A stretch of 64,000 nt of DNA from Tubiluchus corallicola (Eukaryota > Animalia > Priapulida), in NCBI GenBank assembly GCA_030141605.1, contig JAQGDQ010000089.1:434001-498000 (forward strand), written 5' to 3'. This document shows positions 26,366 through 39,413 of this stretch, piece after piece (position 1 is the stretch's first letter; every line of letters begins with the position of its first letter). The notes beneath the pieces are model-generated. The model searched no databases, had not been told where the DNA came from, and was given only the letters and a program-made list of their open reading frames with translations. A program made the translations under genes and the position numbers.

Positions 26366-26619
26366 GTAAAGGCTTTCGTTTATATACAATAAAAAACTAG
26401 CCTACTGTATAATGCAACCTTTAATTTGCAAAACTGAATTGTTAAAAGAAATTTTGATGACTATGTGTAGCCAATCAGCAAGTAGTCAATAATTAATTAA
26501 CTTAAAATGGAATGGTAAATTAACTTCGAAGAATTATCTCTTTTGAATCATCTTACAACAGCTGCGTTAGGTTTTAGTGTAATTGTCTCATTAAATTTTG
26601 TCTGTTCTCTTTTTCCCAG

Positions 26620-26905
26620 GTAACAAGTCTGCAGGCCATATTCAATGGACCAGAAGAGCTCGTGGCTTGCGGTCCGGAAAAATTCAAGCCGACAGCTCAA
26701 ACTCACAACTCTGGTGCAAAATCTTCTACAGAAAAGCAAGACAAGATTTCAAAGCCAGGAAAGTCGCATATTTCAGCCACCACCATACATAAATCAACAG
26801 CAGAGACGTCCTCAGTAACGGGCAGCACAAAGGAGTCTAGCTTGAAAGGCAGTGTTAAGAACAACTCAGTAAAAAAGGAAACCGCCAAACTTGCAGTGAT
26901 CAGCA
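26620..26905 (+). CDS. RP1: RP1-like exon: end of DCX2 (VTSLQAIFNGPEELVACGPEKFKP) + S/T/K-rich linker
   Basis: TTTTCCCAG acceptor, GTAAGT donor, phase 0->1. Confidence 0.9.
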
Positions 26906-28299
26906 GTAAGTATCATGCTCATGATTATACGAGATAGTTATTCTAAGCATTTATATAACGACCTGCTGCTGTTGATTCTATATTTTCATTAGTTGCACTT
27001 TGGTCAGAGTAAACAGGCTCGTGGCAAATTATAGTCAGCTGGTTCGGTCTAATCGCATTCTCACCGCGATGATGTAAATTAAGAATGAATGAAAATTAAT
27101 GAAAGAAAAAACAGTTCTACGACTATTGTCGCAGTAATTGACTTTTTTGCAAACTCAGACACGAAAATCGTCAAAGTTTCTGTGAGTAACTCGCTCTGGT
27201 TTCTGTCTTTCACTAGAACCCAAAATAGCAGTAAAAATCAGGATCATTGCTAGAAGAATAAATAACTTTTATATACCTTGGCGATATAGTTCAAACAAAT
27301 ACTTATGCAATCTGTGTGGCTGAAGTAGCACAATTGGGACATATTGTCATTTTTAGGAATATTCTATGGGTGGGCAATTAGTGTTACCCGCCTGTTGGTT
27401 ACGTTAATATCTCCCAAGTCGGGCCGTTGTAGCTGGAATGTTTTATTGCTATCAGAAGTAGCAGTAGAGTTGCAAAAATCAAGTTTTGGGGGCAATATAG
27501 TAATGAAAGCAAATGATTAGTTGCTGAGTAATGTGAGCGGCATGTAATTGATGTTAGTTAATGCCGGATAATGGCCTGGAATTATACGTAAGAGCCTCAG
27601 CATCGAGACTGTAAGAATCAGGTAGATGAATGATCTATATTCAAGGCGAAACTTCAGATGAAATTTTTGCTTTACCCTACGGGTGGGGTCATGGTGCTTA
27701 GTTAAGCAATGGTGAATACAGTAAATGCATGGGTAACAAGTGCTTCTCAACAGTTTCATTTGCCATACTTTCCTTTGCGACGGAAAATTAAGCCTATTTT
27801 AAACATATGGCTGTGATATCACTCTACTTTTTCTCTCATATTAAAGAACTATTAACACTATTGTTGATAATTATCTAGGTTCTGCTTCTTCAACAATTGT
27901 ATGTACATGCACTACAAATACATGTAACTTCAGAAAATGGCATGTAATCATTAATAGAGGAAGTGAGAAGTAAAACATTAGTTAGTCCTGAGCATTGTGT
28001 AAGCTACAGTTATGAAAACTCGACATCAAATGTCCACTTCGGTCTACATCGACCAATTTCGAACAAATTATAATAGCAACAACAACAACAATAATAATAA
28101 TAATTTAATTTATTGAATACTTAAATGTATTAATATTAAAATGGACAAATGCATTTTACATAATATATAAAATTTTAACACATAAACGGCACATACACAA
28201 TAGGCTATTAAATATAAAACTAAAATCTTAAAACATGCATATAAAAATCACTAGAAATTAGCGTAAATTAAATCCATAAAACCATATTAAACTTCTAAT

Positions 28300-29095
28300 T
28301 AATAAAAAAGCTTGTTTATAAAAATCAGTTTTAAGAAATGATTTGGACTTTTAAACATTATTAATTGAATTTACTTGCATGAATTGGTAAATCATTCCAT
28401 AATTTTGGTACCGCTAAGCTACAGTGTAAGACTATGAGAACCGCCTGTGACTATATTATAACGCGGTACAACTAGTGCCAATGAATTAATTGATCTGGAC
28501 ACGTATGGCTTCGAAATATCAGATACATGGGAGGGCGCTAAACCATTCAGAGCTTTGAATATTAACAAGAGAATTTTGTATTTTATTCTGAAAGAAACGG
28601 GCAATCAGTGCAATTGCATGAGAATATTGCATGAGGAGTTGTGTGATCATATTTACGAGTGCCTGTAATAATATGAGCCGCTGTGTTGTGTACATGTTGC
28701 AGTTATCGATCTGATATTGAAGAATACCAAAAAGTGTGCTATTACAATAGTCTAATCGAAAACTGACAAACGTGTGGATAAGAGTTTCACTGGCTGATTT
28801 TGATAATGAAGGTCTAATTTTAGAAATGTTCCTTCAATAGGAGTACGAAGTTTTTTCACATTATTAATATGGGTAGGTATGGTTATGATAATCTAGAACA
28901 GTTTCAAGGTTTTTCGCTGTTTCGGACACCGTGCACCGTCATTAAATCAGTGCCCACAAGGACAGATGACAGTTTAACTTTTGATAGTTGGTTTTTAGTT
29001 CCAAAAATTATAAAATTAGTTTTGTCCTCAATAAGCTTCATATAATTGTGCAGCATCCAGTGACGTATATCTGCGAATTTTTGAGTACAGAACAA
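28300..29095 (-). mobile_element. Degraded 3' portion of a CR1/L2-type LINE ORF2 (RT C-terminal region)
   Basis: DIRHWMLHNYMKLIEDKTNFIIFGTKNQL..VRN and PVSFRIKYKILLLIFKALNGLAPSH are typical motifs; frameshifted. Confidence 0.8.
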
Positions 29096-29182
29096 AATGT
29101 GTTATTACAGCATGTGGATATCATTTCTGTTCTGCCTAAGATTCTGGGGCATTATTGCAATCAACACAATTTGGAATTTCAG

Positions 29183-29355
29183 AAGGAGAGTTTTTTGTAA
29201 TGGTTAAATCCAGTGAGTTAGCAAGTATTCCGGATGTAGTACCAAGTGTTAGCATCTTCGTCTATGGAATTCTGGGTAATTCAGGACCGCACCCACTGTG
29301 CATTTCTACTGACAAGATAAAACTGGATGGCATAGTGAAAGATGCTGTACTGAAG
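29183..29355 (+). CDS. RP1: RP1-like exon: PLAT1 part a (GEFFVMVKSS...VSIFVYGILGNSGP); alternative acceptor possible at 29141
   Basis: TTTCAG acceptor phase 1, AAG|GTGAGT donor phase 0. Confidence 0.75.
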
Positions 29356-29525
29356 GTGAGTTAAGTAACAGTTTTTATATCACATTTACCTGCATATGTC
29401 ATGAAGGTTAACTAGCTTCTTTTGGCTGAATAATAGTAATTATGCTTGTAATTTTGGAAGAGAAAGGACAAAACTGGTGATGTAAATAGTTCTAGATTGT
29501 GAGCACACTGAATGCCTCTGTCAAG

Positions 29526-29899
29526 TAGGGGTGAGCATTCTCTACCAGAAAGCGAATTCAAATCGAATCGAATTTGTGACTTTCGAATTCGAATTGAACC
29601 GAATTTCAGTATTTCGAATCCAAATCGAATTCGAATTGAGTTTGAAAGATTTTCGAACCAGTTTTCGAACCACTAGTAAAAGTGGTCTTACAAAGATCAT
29701 GCATATTACTTGATTTTGTTCTGCAGTAAAACCATCATTAGTTTGTTAAACGTTTTGCACAAAAACTGCAGCTAAATTATGCTAAGTGCATACTTTTTCA
29801 AACATTTTAATGATAAAGAACGTGCGGCTGGAGTGCTGAATTATTCGAACATATAATTTCAGGTTCGAATCGAATTCGAACGTTCGATGCTCACCCTTA
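29526..29899. mobile_element. hAT-family MITE
   Basis: TIRs TAGGGGTGAGCAT / ATGCTCACCCTTA, exact 8-bp TSD CTGTCAAG on both sides, subterminal TTCGAA repeats. Confidence 0.9.
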
Positions 29900-30719
29900 C
29901 TGTCAAGCAACAACAAGTTAAAATTTTTATTTACTCTTAAAATATTATTTTAATCATTTTAATCTTACCCTATAGTGACTGTGTTAGTGTAAGTCTGTTC
30001 ATGAGGTCACTTTCTGTCACTTGCCATGTGATGTGATGAAGTTAAAATTTAATGAAAGTGAAAATGTGTAACAAATTGAAATGCGCATTGTGCAGAAGTA
30101 ATCATTTATAAATACCAGGCAGACCTTGTATGCGATTAATGTGTGTTTGTAGTGAATGTAGGCAATAAAATTATAATGCAATATTAGGTGAATGTTATAG
30201 AATGATTCTGTGTGGTCGCAGCGGGTGACGTTTTAATAGTAAATAGCAGTGCATCTTATGGTTAGGAATTTTAAGTGTTATCTTGTTATTTATCTGTTGG
30301 ACGAGGCCCGGGCGCGTGGTCGGTTTCTTGTCTGTTTGAGAAATTTAACTGATTATTTTTATCTTGGAAGTTGATTAATACGCTAATGAAGTGACCATAT
30401 AATTTATTTTAATGTGTTAAATTACCGATTACGTGGAATTATTGATTATAATCCTATTTAACGGACAATATATTTTGCTAGACTGCATAGTACCAATAGG
30501 CAATACAGCCTTTTACAGATACATTTTTGTATGCTTGCTTGTTTATCTTAGTGTTACGTTTTTTAATCAAAAGAATCAACGAATAAGTTTTGGATTGTTC
30601 AGCTTTGGCAGAGATCTGCTTCCTACTGAGCACATTCTAGTTTTTTGTTGAAATCAATTGCATTAAAATAATGCATTTGCTATTTTTTCCTACTTTCCAA
30701 CGGCGTCATTTTTACCCAC

Positions 30720-31020
30720 ATTTCCATTTGTCCCATTTTTTCCTATGCCATTTTTACTTGTTCCATTTTTTCCCGTGCCGCTTTCCTGTGCCATTTTTGC
30801 CGTGCCATTTTTTCCCATGCCATTTTTTTCCTGTGCCATTTTTTCCCATGCCATTTTTTTCCTGTGCCATTTTTACTGCACCATTTTTCCTGTGCCATTT
30901 TTTCCATTGCCATTTTTATCTGGCCATTTTTACCATGTAATTTTTTCCTGTGCCATTTTTACCTACTTTTCCATTTGTGTCATTTTTCCTGTGCATTTTT
31001 CACTGGTGTCATTTTTACTG
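30720..31020. repeat. Degenerate ~16-bp tandem repeat (TTTTCCTGTGCCATTT)
   Basis: Direct reading. Confidence 0.85.
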
Positions 31021-31870
31021 TGCTTCAGAAAGAATACATGGCAGTTGTTGATTACTTTTATGTAATTATATGGGTACATAAGGTCTGTTTAAACATAGCA
31101 GATATTACATTCTCTGATAAGGTGTATCATGTTATGGGAATTGACTGTATAGCGTACTGTAAGTGGCAGTAATATACAATTTTTTTCCTCTCAACTTTGT
31201 GAAGTTCTAAGTAACAAAGAGCAGCTGTTTAATAATGAACCCGTTTAAATAATAACAGTAACACATAAGACAAGTTTCAGCTCTTAAAAGATTTCTTAGA
31301 TTTAGAATAGTAATTAAAATATTGATATTTGATCAATAAAACACTGCCGTTGGAAAAAACGTTGCCATGTTCATAAAAGACTGAGGTGATCATGATTCCA
31401 TGAGAATTTTTGGGGGCAAATAAAATCCCAAGCACTAAGTAGTTTCTAATTGTTAGCCATTCTGTTAATAAATATTCTATTTGTATACACCGAGTTGTCT
31501 GAGTTATTGCCCAGTGTTTACTGTGCTGAGTTAGTACGTTCATGTGCATCTGCACGTGATTAAGATATATTAGTGTCTCATCTTAGAAGATCATTGTTTA
31601 TCTGTGATCAGCCATATTTTTTCATCATCAGTAATAAGCCTACATTTGAATATTGATATTTGAGCTTGTTGTGTGCCCAATTGTACATCAGATGTAATAC
31701 ACAGTGCTAACACAATGTGAAGATTGCTGCAGTATAAGTATTAGTTGTTGAATTGCTTCCAGCATAAATAGGACTAGATTAGATCATTTCATTTAACTTT
31801 TTGTTGACTGTTATCGTGGAAGTAATGGCAGTAAGTTCACTGTAAAGTGACTGCTCTTATTAACTTTCAG

Positions 31871-31978
31871 GAGTACAACTTTTTTGCACGAATCAACGTT
31901 GGTGAAATTGGTGAATTGTTTAAATTGAGAATTAACCATGATAATGCCGACGTCTTTCCTGGATGGTTCTGTGAGGAG
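31871..31978 (+). CDS. RP1: RP1-like exon: PLAT1 part b (EYNFFARINVGEIGELFKLRINHDNADVFPGWFCEE)
   Basis: TTTCAG/GTGTGT, phase 0->0, PLAT motif GEL.KLRI.HD..GW. Confidence 0.9.
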
Positions 31979-32219
31979 GTGTGTAATTTCTAAATGGATA
32001 AGTTTAACTTCTTTACTAATAATATATATTATTGTGTGTTTTATTTTGGCATAAACAACTTTTGATAAGCTACAGCATGAAACAATTTAAAAATTCTTAA
32101 AGCACAAGAAAAGCTTTTACTTGCACAAAGCTCCAAAAATTTGTCTTGAAATTTTTTTGTCGCTTGCATACTGTCCTATTGCATATGGGCCTAGGTTTGA
32201 CTATAGGTCATTTGAAACA

Positions 32220-32530
32220 AGCTTAAATAACATTACGTAAAATTTGTAGCAAATTCATAGCACATTCTTCCGTGACTAAGCAAAAGTATAAATTACTGTA
32301 TCTTATCAATAAGATAAAAATATGTTTTTTGCTGAGTCAATGGTACACCCTGGGAAGGTAAGTCAATGACACTTTGCTAGTTGGTATAAAATTTATAATT
32401 ATGTATTAAGAATTTTCTTTTCTAGTTATGCAAGTCTTTCAAGCAAGTAAGCATAATGCTAAGTAATATAACTTTGCATGGAAAGTTTTTTGAGATGCTT
32501 TAAAATTGCTTTTTCTTCCTGTTTACTAGT
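32220..32530. repeat. Dispersed repeat family; other copies at ~48190-48530 (same strand) and ~56320-56530 (inverted)
   Basis: Shared GACTAAGCAAAAG, ACTGTATCTT, CTGGGAAGGT.AGTCA.TGAC and AAGAATTTTCTTT.CTAGTTA blocks. Confidence 0.7.
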
Positions 32531-34006
32531 AAGAATGACATTAGTTTGATGCATAGCCCAGGATACAAATGAATTTTATATCATTTATATTGAAACGTCT
32601 CTACTGCATAAAAATGCTTCCAGTTACATTATACACTGAATTTTGTACGTGTATAAGAATCCTTATAGTATTTTTCAATACAAAAGCGACATTAGGGTTG
32701 TTACTGAATGTATAATTGTGGTTTGGTCTACCGATAATTAAGGTGTCAGATTTGGTTCAGATTTTCCGATAATTGCTATGTATCTATACCAAATTTTTCG
32801 ATTTATTATTGGCAGAACTGTGCCATAAAAATTATGTAATAACATACAGAAAAGTCTTACAGAAAAAGGTGCAGTCCCGAGACATTATAATTAATTTGAA
32901 GTGCGTCTTATGTAATTTAAATTACTGAAGCGAATCTTTTCGCTGGCTTATTATTTTGTTTAAATAATCATATTTGAGGTGAAAATGGCTGAACTGACAT
33001 GACTGAAAATCATCAATCACTTCTCTGTTTGCTTACTGTTTACACTGTACACTCTACGTATATGCAGTAGACTGACATCATCGCTCCGCAGCAAACTGAT
33101 TTGAAAACTTTTTGATTTGGGGTAGTAATTTTTAGGTCTGTATCATGTGGCCTAAGTAATTTGAATTGTTTCCCGAGTTTCCTCGAAATTTGTGTTTTTT
33201 GTGCTGCCGTTGCACTGTTGCTGTTACATTTGCTGTTTTGTAAAATAATAAAATTGGTACTTTATCATTACAAAGTTATACCAAATTTGCAAATTTGAAT
33301 ATAGGATAAATTTGTACCATCATACTAATTTGTTTTGATGTAGGTCATGTAATTTAGTTATTAAAATGGTTGCTATTTTCTTAAAAAGTCTAATATCTTG
33401 CTATAATTGATAAGTTTTCAAAAGGCATTTCGGTTTTTTATTTTTATTTTGGTTCATTTATTGGTTTAGCTTTTTAAAAAACCAGTTTTTGCTAGCGGGT
33501 TCAAATTTTTGTTTCGGTAACAAACCTGCTTAACAATAGCATTTTTCTTGCAGTATAGTAAATTGTTTCAGTGCTCCAGATAAACAGGAAGAGGTTTCAT
33601 TTTACAAATTTAGAAATTTTGAACTTTCTGGTGTATTATATATTTACATGTTTGAAACACATTCTAAGTTTAGCGGTAGTTAAAATGTACTTGGTTACAA
33701 CATCTTTGCTCTTTTCTGTCTCATGAAGTGGAGATTCTTAAAAGTGAGCACATTTTTTCCTGCTTTAGAACACAAATATTGAGTAAATTTCAGTTCAAGT
33801 TTAGTTATATTGATTTTATGACTGTGTTGTGACTAACAAAATCTGAACTGCTCAGAAATAAGAAAGTTATTCTGAGACTAATTTTCCTAAAAAAGTAATT
33901 GTACATTTGTAACAGAGTTCTTACTGGAATACGTATTCTTATAATAAGAAATGTAGCTTGTGTTGTTGTCACTTTAACTTAAACATGAATTTGCTCATTT
34001 TTGCAG

Positions 34007-34139
34007 GTATTACTGAAAGATTTTGATACTCTGGAAGAGGTAAAGTTTGAATGTCGTCGTTGGTTATCTCGCTCGGATGATGATGGTGAAGTGTGCCGCG
34101 AATTGCCTGCTGTTCGTGAAATGGTCGCCGTGTTGCCTA
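34007..34139 (+). CDS. RP1: RP1-like exon: PLAT1 part c (VLLKDFDTLEEVKFECRRWLSRSDDDGEVCRELPAV)
   Basis: TTGCAG/GTAAGT, phase 0->1. Confidence 0.92.
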
Positions 34140-34567
34140 GTAAGTAATTTCTTATATAGTCAAGCTTTCAAGCTGGATCATTCATTTAGCTAGCTAACAG
34201 CGTTTAAAGATTAATGTGTGATCTAAAATCTTATGGTTCATGCTTTATCACAACACTTCAGTAATAGCATTGCTAGTTAGCTCTCTATGGAAAAACATTG
34301 TCTGTAACAGTTGTCATAGTTACTGAAACCATTCTTTGTATGATAAGTCATGCCCACTTGCTGAGCTTGTATTTACAACCCCACTGAAAATGATCGGATT
34401 TAATCCATTCTCCCCATGTGTATTGCATTATAGTAGCAATAAAAACTTTCTCAAATTACTGTTTGAAATTTGTTTTTTGTAAATTGTTAACTGCATAAAA
34501 TTTGATCTGCATTATTTTTTGTTTGGTATGTTTGTCTGGTAAGCTTAACTGTTATTTGTGCGTGCAG

Positions 34568-34722
34568 TTTTAAAGTACCAGGTAACAGTGGTGACTGGAA
34601 ATAAGGAGAATGCTGGTACAACGGCTAACGTGTTCCTCACCATGTACGGTCAGTGGGGGGACACAGGGCTTCGGGAACTTAGAACATCGAAGCTGAACAA
34701 CAAAAAATTTCAACCTGGACAG
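34568..34722 (+). CDS. RP1: RP1-like exon: PLAT2 part a (YQVTVVTGNKENAGTTANVFLTMYGQWGDTG)
   Basis: TGCAG/GTAAC, phase 1->0, canonical PLAT start. Confidence 0.93.
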
Positions 34723-35537
34723 GTAACAGTCATAAATAAATAAATTTGTAAACACAAATTGCTGATAGACTTTTCCATTTTTCCCAATTGGTATTGATAC
34801 AAATTAGAAGTTTTATTTTCAGTTTAATTTTATGTATTGTGCCTTATGCACAGTTTCCTTGTTTATGGCAATTTGCAGTACACTTTTCTATAAGGGAAGT
34901 GTCCAAATAACAAAAAATATTTTCTTGCAGTTTTTATTATAATTGTTTAGCATATTGCAATTTGATATCAAGTAGCTGATCCTATATTGCACATATTTTT
35001 TTATTCTGTGCAAAATTTAAAACAAATGTGAGCTAAAAAGCTTACAGAAATCACATTCTATATATTTCCTGACAATTTTGATCATTTTTTGGTTTAGTTA
35101 GATGGTGTAACATGATTTACTTCTTCGGTTCCATTTAAGACTGAAATTAGAAGCGAAGCTCTTTGCAGTTTCTTTGTTTAATTTTCTTTCGGCAAGAAGA
35201 TATAACGAACTTTGCAGGGGTTTGTAATCTAAGAGCCAGCTACCTCGAAAGTAGAAATTTTTAATGAAAGAGTAAATCTTGTAATGTACGAAAGATCAAA
35301 AGTTTTGAGGCTTTTAATGAATCTTGGCTCATGTTGTACAAAGCTCTTGCATTTGTTTTACTTGTGAGCCTCGGATTTTACTATTAAGTACAATATTGGT
35401 TGCTATGCTATCTACTTGGTTTGATAGAAAAACGTGCCTGGAGCACAAAAACCGACCGATTGGTTAGCTAGCTGTTTGTGCTTGTTGGCTGACTGACTAG
35501 GCATGCAGCAGGCCTGTTACTTTTGTTTTGCTTGCAG

Positions 35538-35695
35538 ACGGACCTGTTTTACATCGAGGCCGTAAGTTTAGGGATTCTTGATCGTATCATAATTGGACAT
35601 GATGGATTGGAGACGGGTGATGGATGGTTTCTGGACAAGGTTGTGATCAAGGAGTATTCTGCCGCACCGGAAGAATATATATTTACCTGTCAAAG
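35538..35695 (+). CDS. RP1: RP1-like exon: PLAT2 part b (TDLFYIEAVSLGILDRIIIGHDG..GWFLDKV..FTCQ)
   Basis: TTGCAG/GTTAGG, phase 0->2. Confidence 0.93.
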
Positions 35696-35819
35696 GTTAG
35701 GGCCACTGTTAATAGCAAAGTTAACTAGAAGGTCATAGTTTGTTAAACGGTATGCACACAATTGTCCATTATATAATGCACACTAGAAATTGTTAATGAT
35801 AACGATGCGTATCGATAAT

Positions 35820-36229
35820 TAGTCTTTTCACAGTTTTGCTATGGGCACCCGCAGTTACTATAGGTCAAAGTTAAGTAAACCCCAGCAATGCATCTTAACT
35901 GCAGCTGCCCTGTGACTAGTGTAAAGCAATGCCATCTACTACATCAGTTCAGAAACTTCAGTTGGCAACATCATTTCCTTGTTGTTTTACGCGGACTTTA
36001 CTTAATTATGCATTAGTCTGTGCGACATAGTGTGATTTGCTAGCAGGATCTTGCTTGGGAACAAGAAAAAATGAACTGGATAAGGTTCTACCTAGCTGCT
36101 AAAACTATTACTATTACAATAGCATGGGCTGCAAGGCATTGTCAAGTGTACATAAATGCATTGTCTGGTTCACTTAACCTTTGACGTTTTCACGATCGTC
36201 ATCAATTGCTGGAACTATGAAAAGGCTTA
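35820..36229. mobile_element. MITE-like family (termini TAAGCCTTTTCACAGTT / AACTGTCAAAAGGCTTA); other copies 42508-42899 and 42994-43370
   Basis: Three ~400-bp diverged copies with the same terminal and subterminal inverted repeats (GGTCAAAGGTTAAGT / ACTTAACTTTTGACC). Confidence 0.8.
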
Positions 36230-37235
36230 TTATCGTATTGATAATTGTCGATTATAATATCATACGGCACTTATCGTTGCTTATCTCTTACCTTTATAAA
36301 ATTGCTTCACTTTGTTTTTTTTTTATTTACAGTAGTCATGCAAAAAATTGGATAGAAAGAATTATTTAAAATTATATGCTCGTCAGATGCTGAATCATTT
36401 TCTTGTACTTTTGCCTGGCAATAATGGCTATTTTCAGTCTGAATCATACTGTCAAAGTATAGAGACCCCCTTTATATACTTTAATACTCATGTGCAGATG
36501 CCAAATGCACTGTACCGTATTTTTAGTGTCACTTTCCTGGTCATGCGCAGCGCGCATAGACAAATATTTTCATCTTTGTAATATATTTGTCTGATGCATT
36601 TTACTTATTTATAAATCATATGACAAACAAACTAAGTATACAGCAATGAACACACTGAAGCACTTTAAAATTTAGTTATTAATAATTTTCTGTTGTTGCA
36701 TTGATAGCCCAACTTCAGTATCGTTTTTATCATTCGAAATAATTTATCATATTGTGTGGTCTGAAAAATAGATTATCATTATCGTATCATTGAAAAAGTA
36801 TGGTATCATATCGTTATTGCATCACCATATTTGTATCGTTTAACATCCCTATAAAAATGCACAGTACTGACTGTTGCATAATATTATTGCCTGTGAAAAA
36901 ACGAAAGTTTTGTGCTTTTTGAGTCTTTGAGTAGTATTGTGCAGTGTAATTGTCAATTCTGTTGTGTGTGTAAGCCACCCAAGACCTTTTACTGCTTTTT
37001 TGATTAGCAAAAGAGTTCTTGCTTAGTTTTCTATTTTTTTACTATTATATCTTTGCTATCTTATTCGTGTAATTCTATTTAAAACTTGAATTAATCTTAT
37101 TATACTATTTGCTGTTGTATTGTTGCTATTAGTTCTTAATTAAGGTAGACATTATGTTTGGGTCCCATCTTGCTACCTGCCCAGTTACCTGAAACGACAC
37201 GTTGAGTAAAATCTGCTGTATTTTTGCGCTTGCAG

Positions 37236-37326
37236 GTGGCTGGACATGTATCAGGGTGAAGGGGTCATTGTCAGACTTTTACTGGGATTCCTGTCTTTAG
37301 CTCAGCCTCCTCAACCGCTCTTGGAG
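37236..37326 (+). CDS. RP1: RP1-like alternative exon A: PLAT2 end (RWLDMYQGEGVIVRLLLGFLSLAQPPQPLLE)
   Basis: TTGCAG acceptor, GAG|GTACTT donor, phase 2->0, open frame, homologous to exon B. Confidence 0.7.
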
Positions 37327-37381
37327 GTACTTCTTCCTTTTCTCTCGCTGTTGTAACTAAACTACTTTTGTCTCCAACTAG

Positions 37382-37514
37382 GTGGCTTGATCAGGGCAAG
37401 GAGGAGGGAGTGGTGGTGCGGGAATTATTGGCCTCCCCCATGCCCGTCGAGCCAGAGGCACAGATGGAGTTAACGTCCTCGAGCTGGACTAAAGCGGAGG
37501 AACTGCAACAAATG
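37382..37514 (+). CDS. RP1: RP1-like alternative exon B: PLAT2 end (RWLDQGKEEGVVVRELLASP...QQM)
   Basis: CTAG acceptor, ATG|GTAAAG donor, phase 2->0, canonical WLD..E.G...REL. Confidence 0.85.
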
Positions 37515-38583
37515 GTAAAGCTGCTGTCATACATTGTTACGCTGAATTCTTCACCATTTCTCTTTCATTACTAATCACATTTATTGTTAGTTTAGTTTAT
37601 TTTTTCTTTACCATTTTGACCTCATTTCTTGATAGAACTCTATAGATCTGATTCTTTTCTTTGTTAGTACTAGGTTGTTAAATCATTTCAGCAGGAACTA
37701 TCTGCAATTTCTCTATAGTACACAGTTGTGCCCGTATCCTAGCAACCCAATCACATTAGATAAATTGAAAGCTGACAGACTAATGCACCATTATTTCTCA
37801 GACGTATAAGTCTCTTCCTTACATTATCTTGTGTCTCTTAAGGGACAATATCATCTTTGCAAATGGTTGGCTAAATGAACATTAGGTGCAATATATACCT
37901 ATATTCGCAAGCTGCCGTCATGCTAATTAGACGTGTGTTAGCTCTTTGCCGGGTAATCAATTGATTTATCGCTTGGCTGGATTTTAGCTAAGCATGCTAC
38001 TCGTAACCATAACTTCGCGTTATTTCAGTTTCTGATTCTTATTCTATGATGAAACTCTGTAATATATGTAACTAGTGAACTATTGGGTGATCTTGAGATA
38101 AATACAAGCACACACTGGTAATATCAAAGACATTTGTGTTTTATATTTAACTAGTTTGCAACTCTTACTACTATGTATTATAAATATAAACATTCTTTAA
38201 GATTCAAAGTACATTTTTTGTATTCTTTATTAAATTCTTGAACGAAAACTATTGAAAATAGACTTCCTCACTGTCAATGTTATAGAACAAAGTTCTGTGA
38301 TGAGGTATACATGAGCATTGCAATAAGTGTTCAGAAAAAAGGCTAAGACCAAGAAATTTCTGCTTCATATTTCGTCTATACGTTCATTTTCGGCAGTCGT
38401 GAAGAACTTGAAATTAGCAGTTCAAGTAAAACATTTATTTTATTTTAATGTTTTCTGGCCGGACTAAGTCCAGTTCAATGGAATAAAGTAATTATGCATT
38501 ATGCAAAAATTAATTAGGCCAAAAATGCAGTTAGGCCTACGTATTTTACACCGGATTAAAAAGTGAAATTTCTTGGTTTTCAG

Positions 38584-38652
38584 TTCTGGACCTGGGGTAT
38601 AACAGAATTGCTTACAAAATCTACCCGGGGATTAACTGTTTCCCAGCTGATG
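38584..38652 (+). CDS. RP1: Candidate 69-nt cassette exon (FWTWGITELLTKSTRGLTVSQLM)
   Basis: TTTTCAG acceptor, ATG|GTAAGC donor, symmetric phase 0->0, no stop. Confidence 0.5.
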
Positions 38653-39413
38653 GTAAGCAGTTGTTAATTTAATGCACCTTATCATCTTTAGCTGATGATA
38701 AGCAGTATTATTGTTATTATAGCTTACCATCTTGAATGTAAGTAAAAATTATTTGTTGATATAATTTAATCATGCTCGCTTATTGACACAGTCAGTTGTC
38801 TGGCTTTTCGAGTTACTGATACTAATGTTTAAATTGTAAGTGCAGGAAGCAAGGACAAAAATAAGACTGATGATGAGGGAATCCAACTTTAATAATGATG
38901 GAAATCAAAAGTACCCATATTAGCAGCAACATAATAAGAAATTTTCAAATCTGTTTGTTGACGTTTTGATGACGATCCATTCACAGTTGTTGAAGATGCA
39001 AAATTTGAAAACAATAATGAATTGTTATCAAATTAAACTTATCAAATTTATTTGCACTCGTTTTGTTTGCACTGTTCTGCATTATGTAAGGGGCATTTCA
39101 ATTGATGGCTTGTAATATATCTATGAGTATACACATCTGGCAATAGAGTGTGGCTTATATAATTAGGATTTCGAATTGATTTGAACAACTTTTTACAGGA
39201 ATTTTCGCTACTGCTAAATAAAGACAGAAGACTAGCCAAAATTAGCAGCATTTACATAGTTTTCATTTGGAAAAATTTCTTTCAATGAACATTTTTGAAC
39301 AGTTTCTAACAAATCAGAGAGAGATTTTGGGAGAGGGATGAGTGGCATACCTGACAAACATATTCAACAACTGGCCTAGTAATTGTGTCTAGATTTAAAT
39401 TTTTTTAGTTCTA

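Noticed and set aside
27879-27898. 20-nt micro-exon candidate (TAG|GTTCTGCTTCTTCAACAATT|GTATGT)
   Set aside because: Phase 1->0 is incompatible with the next phase-1 exon
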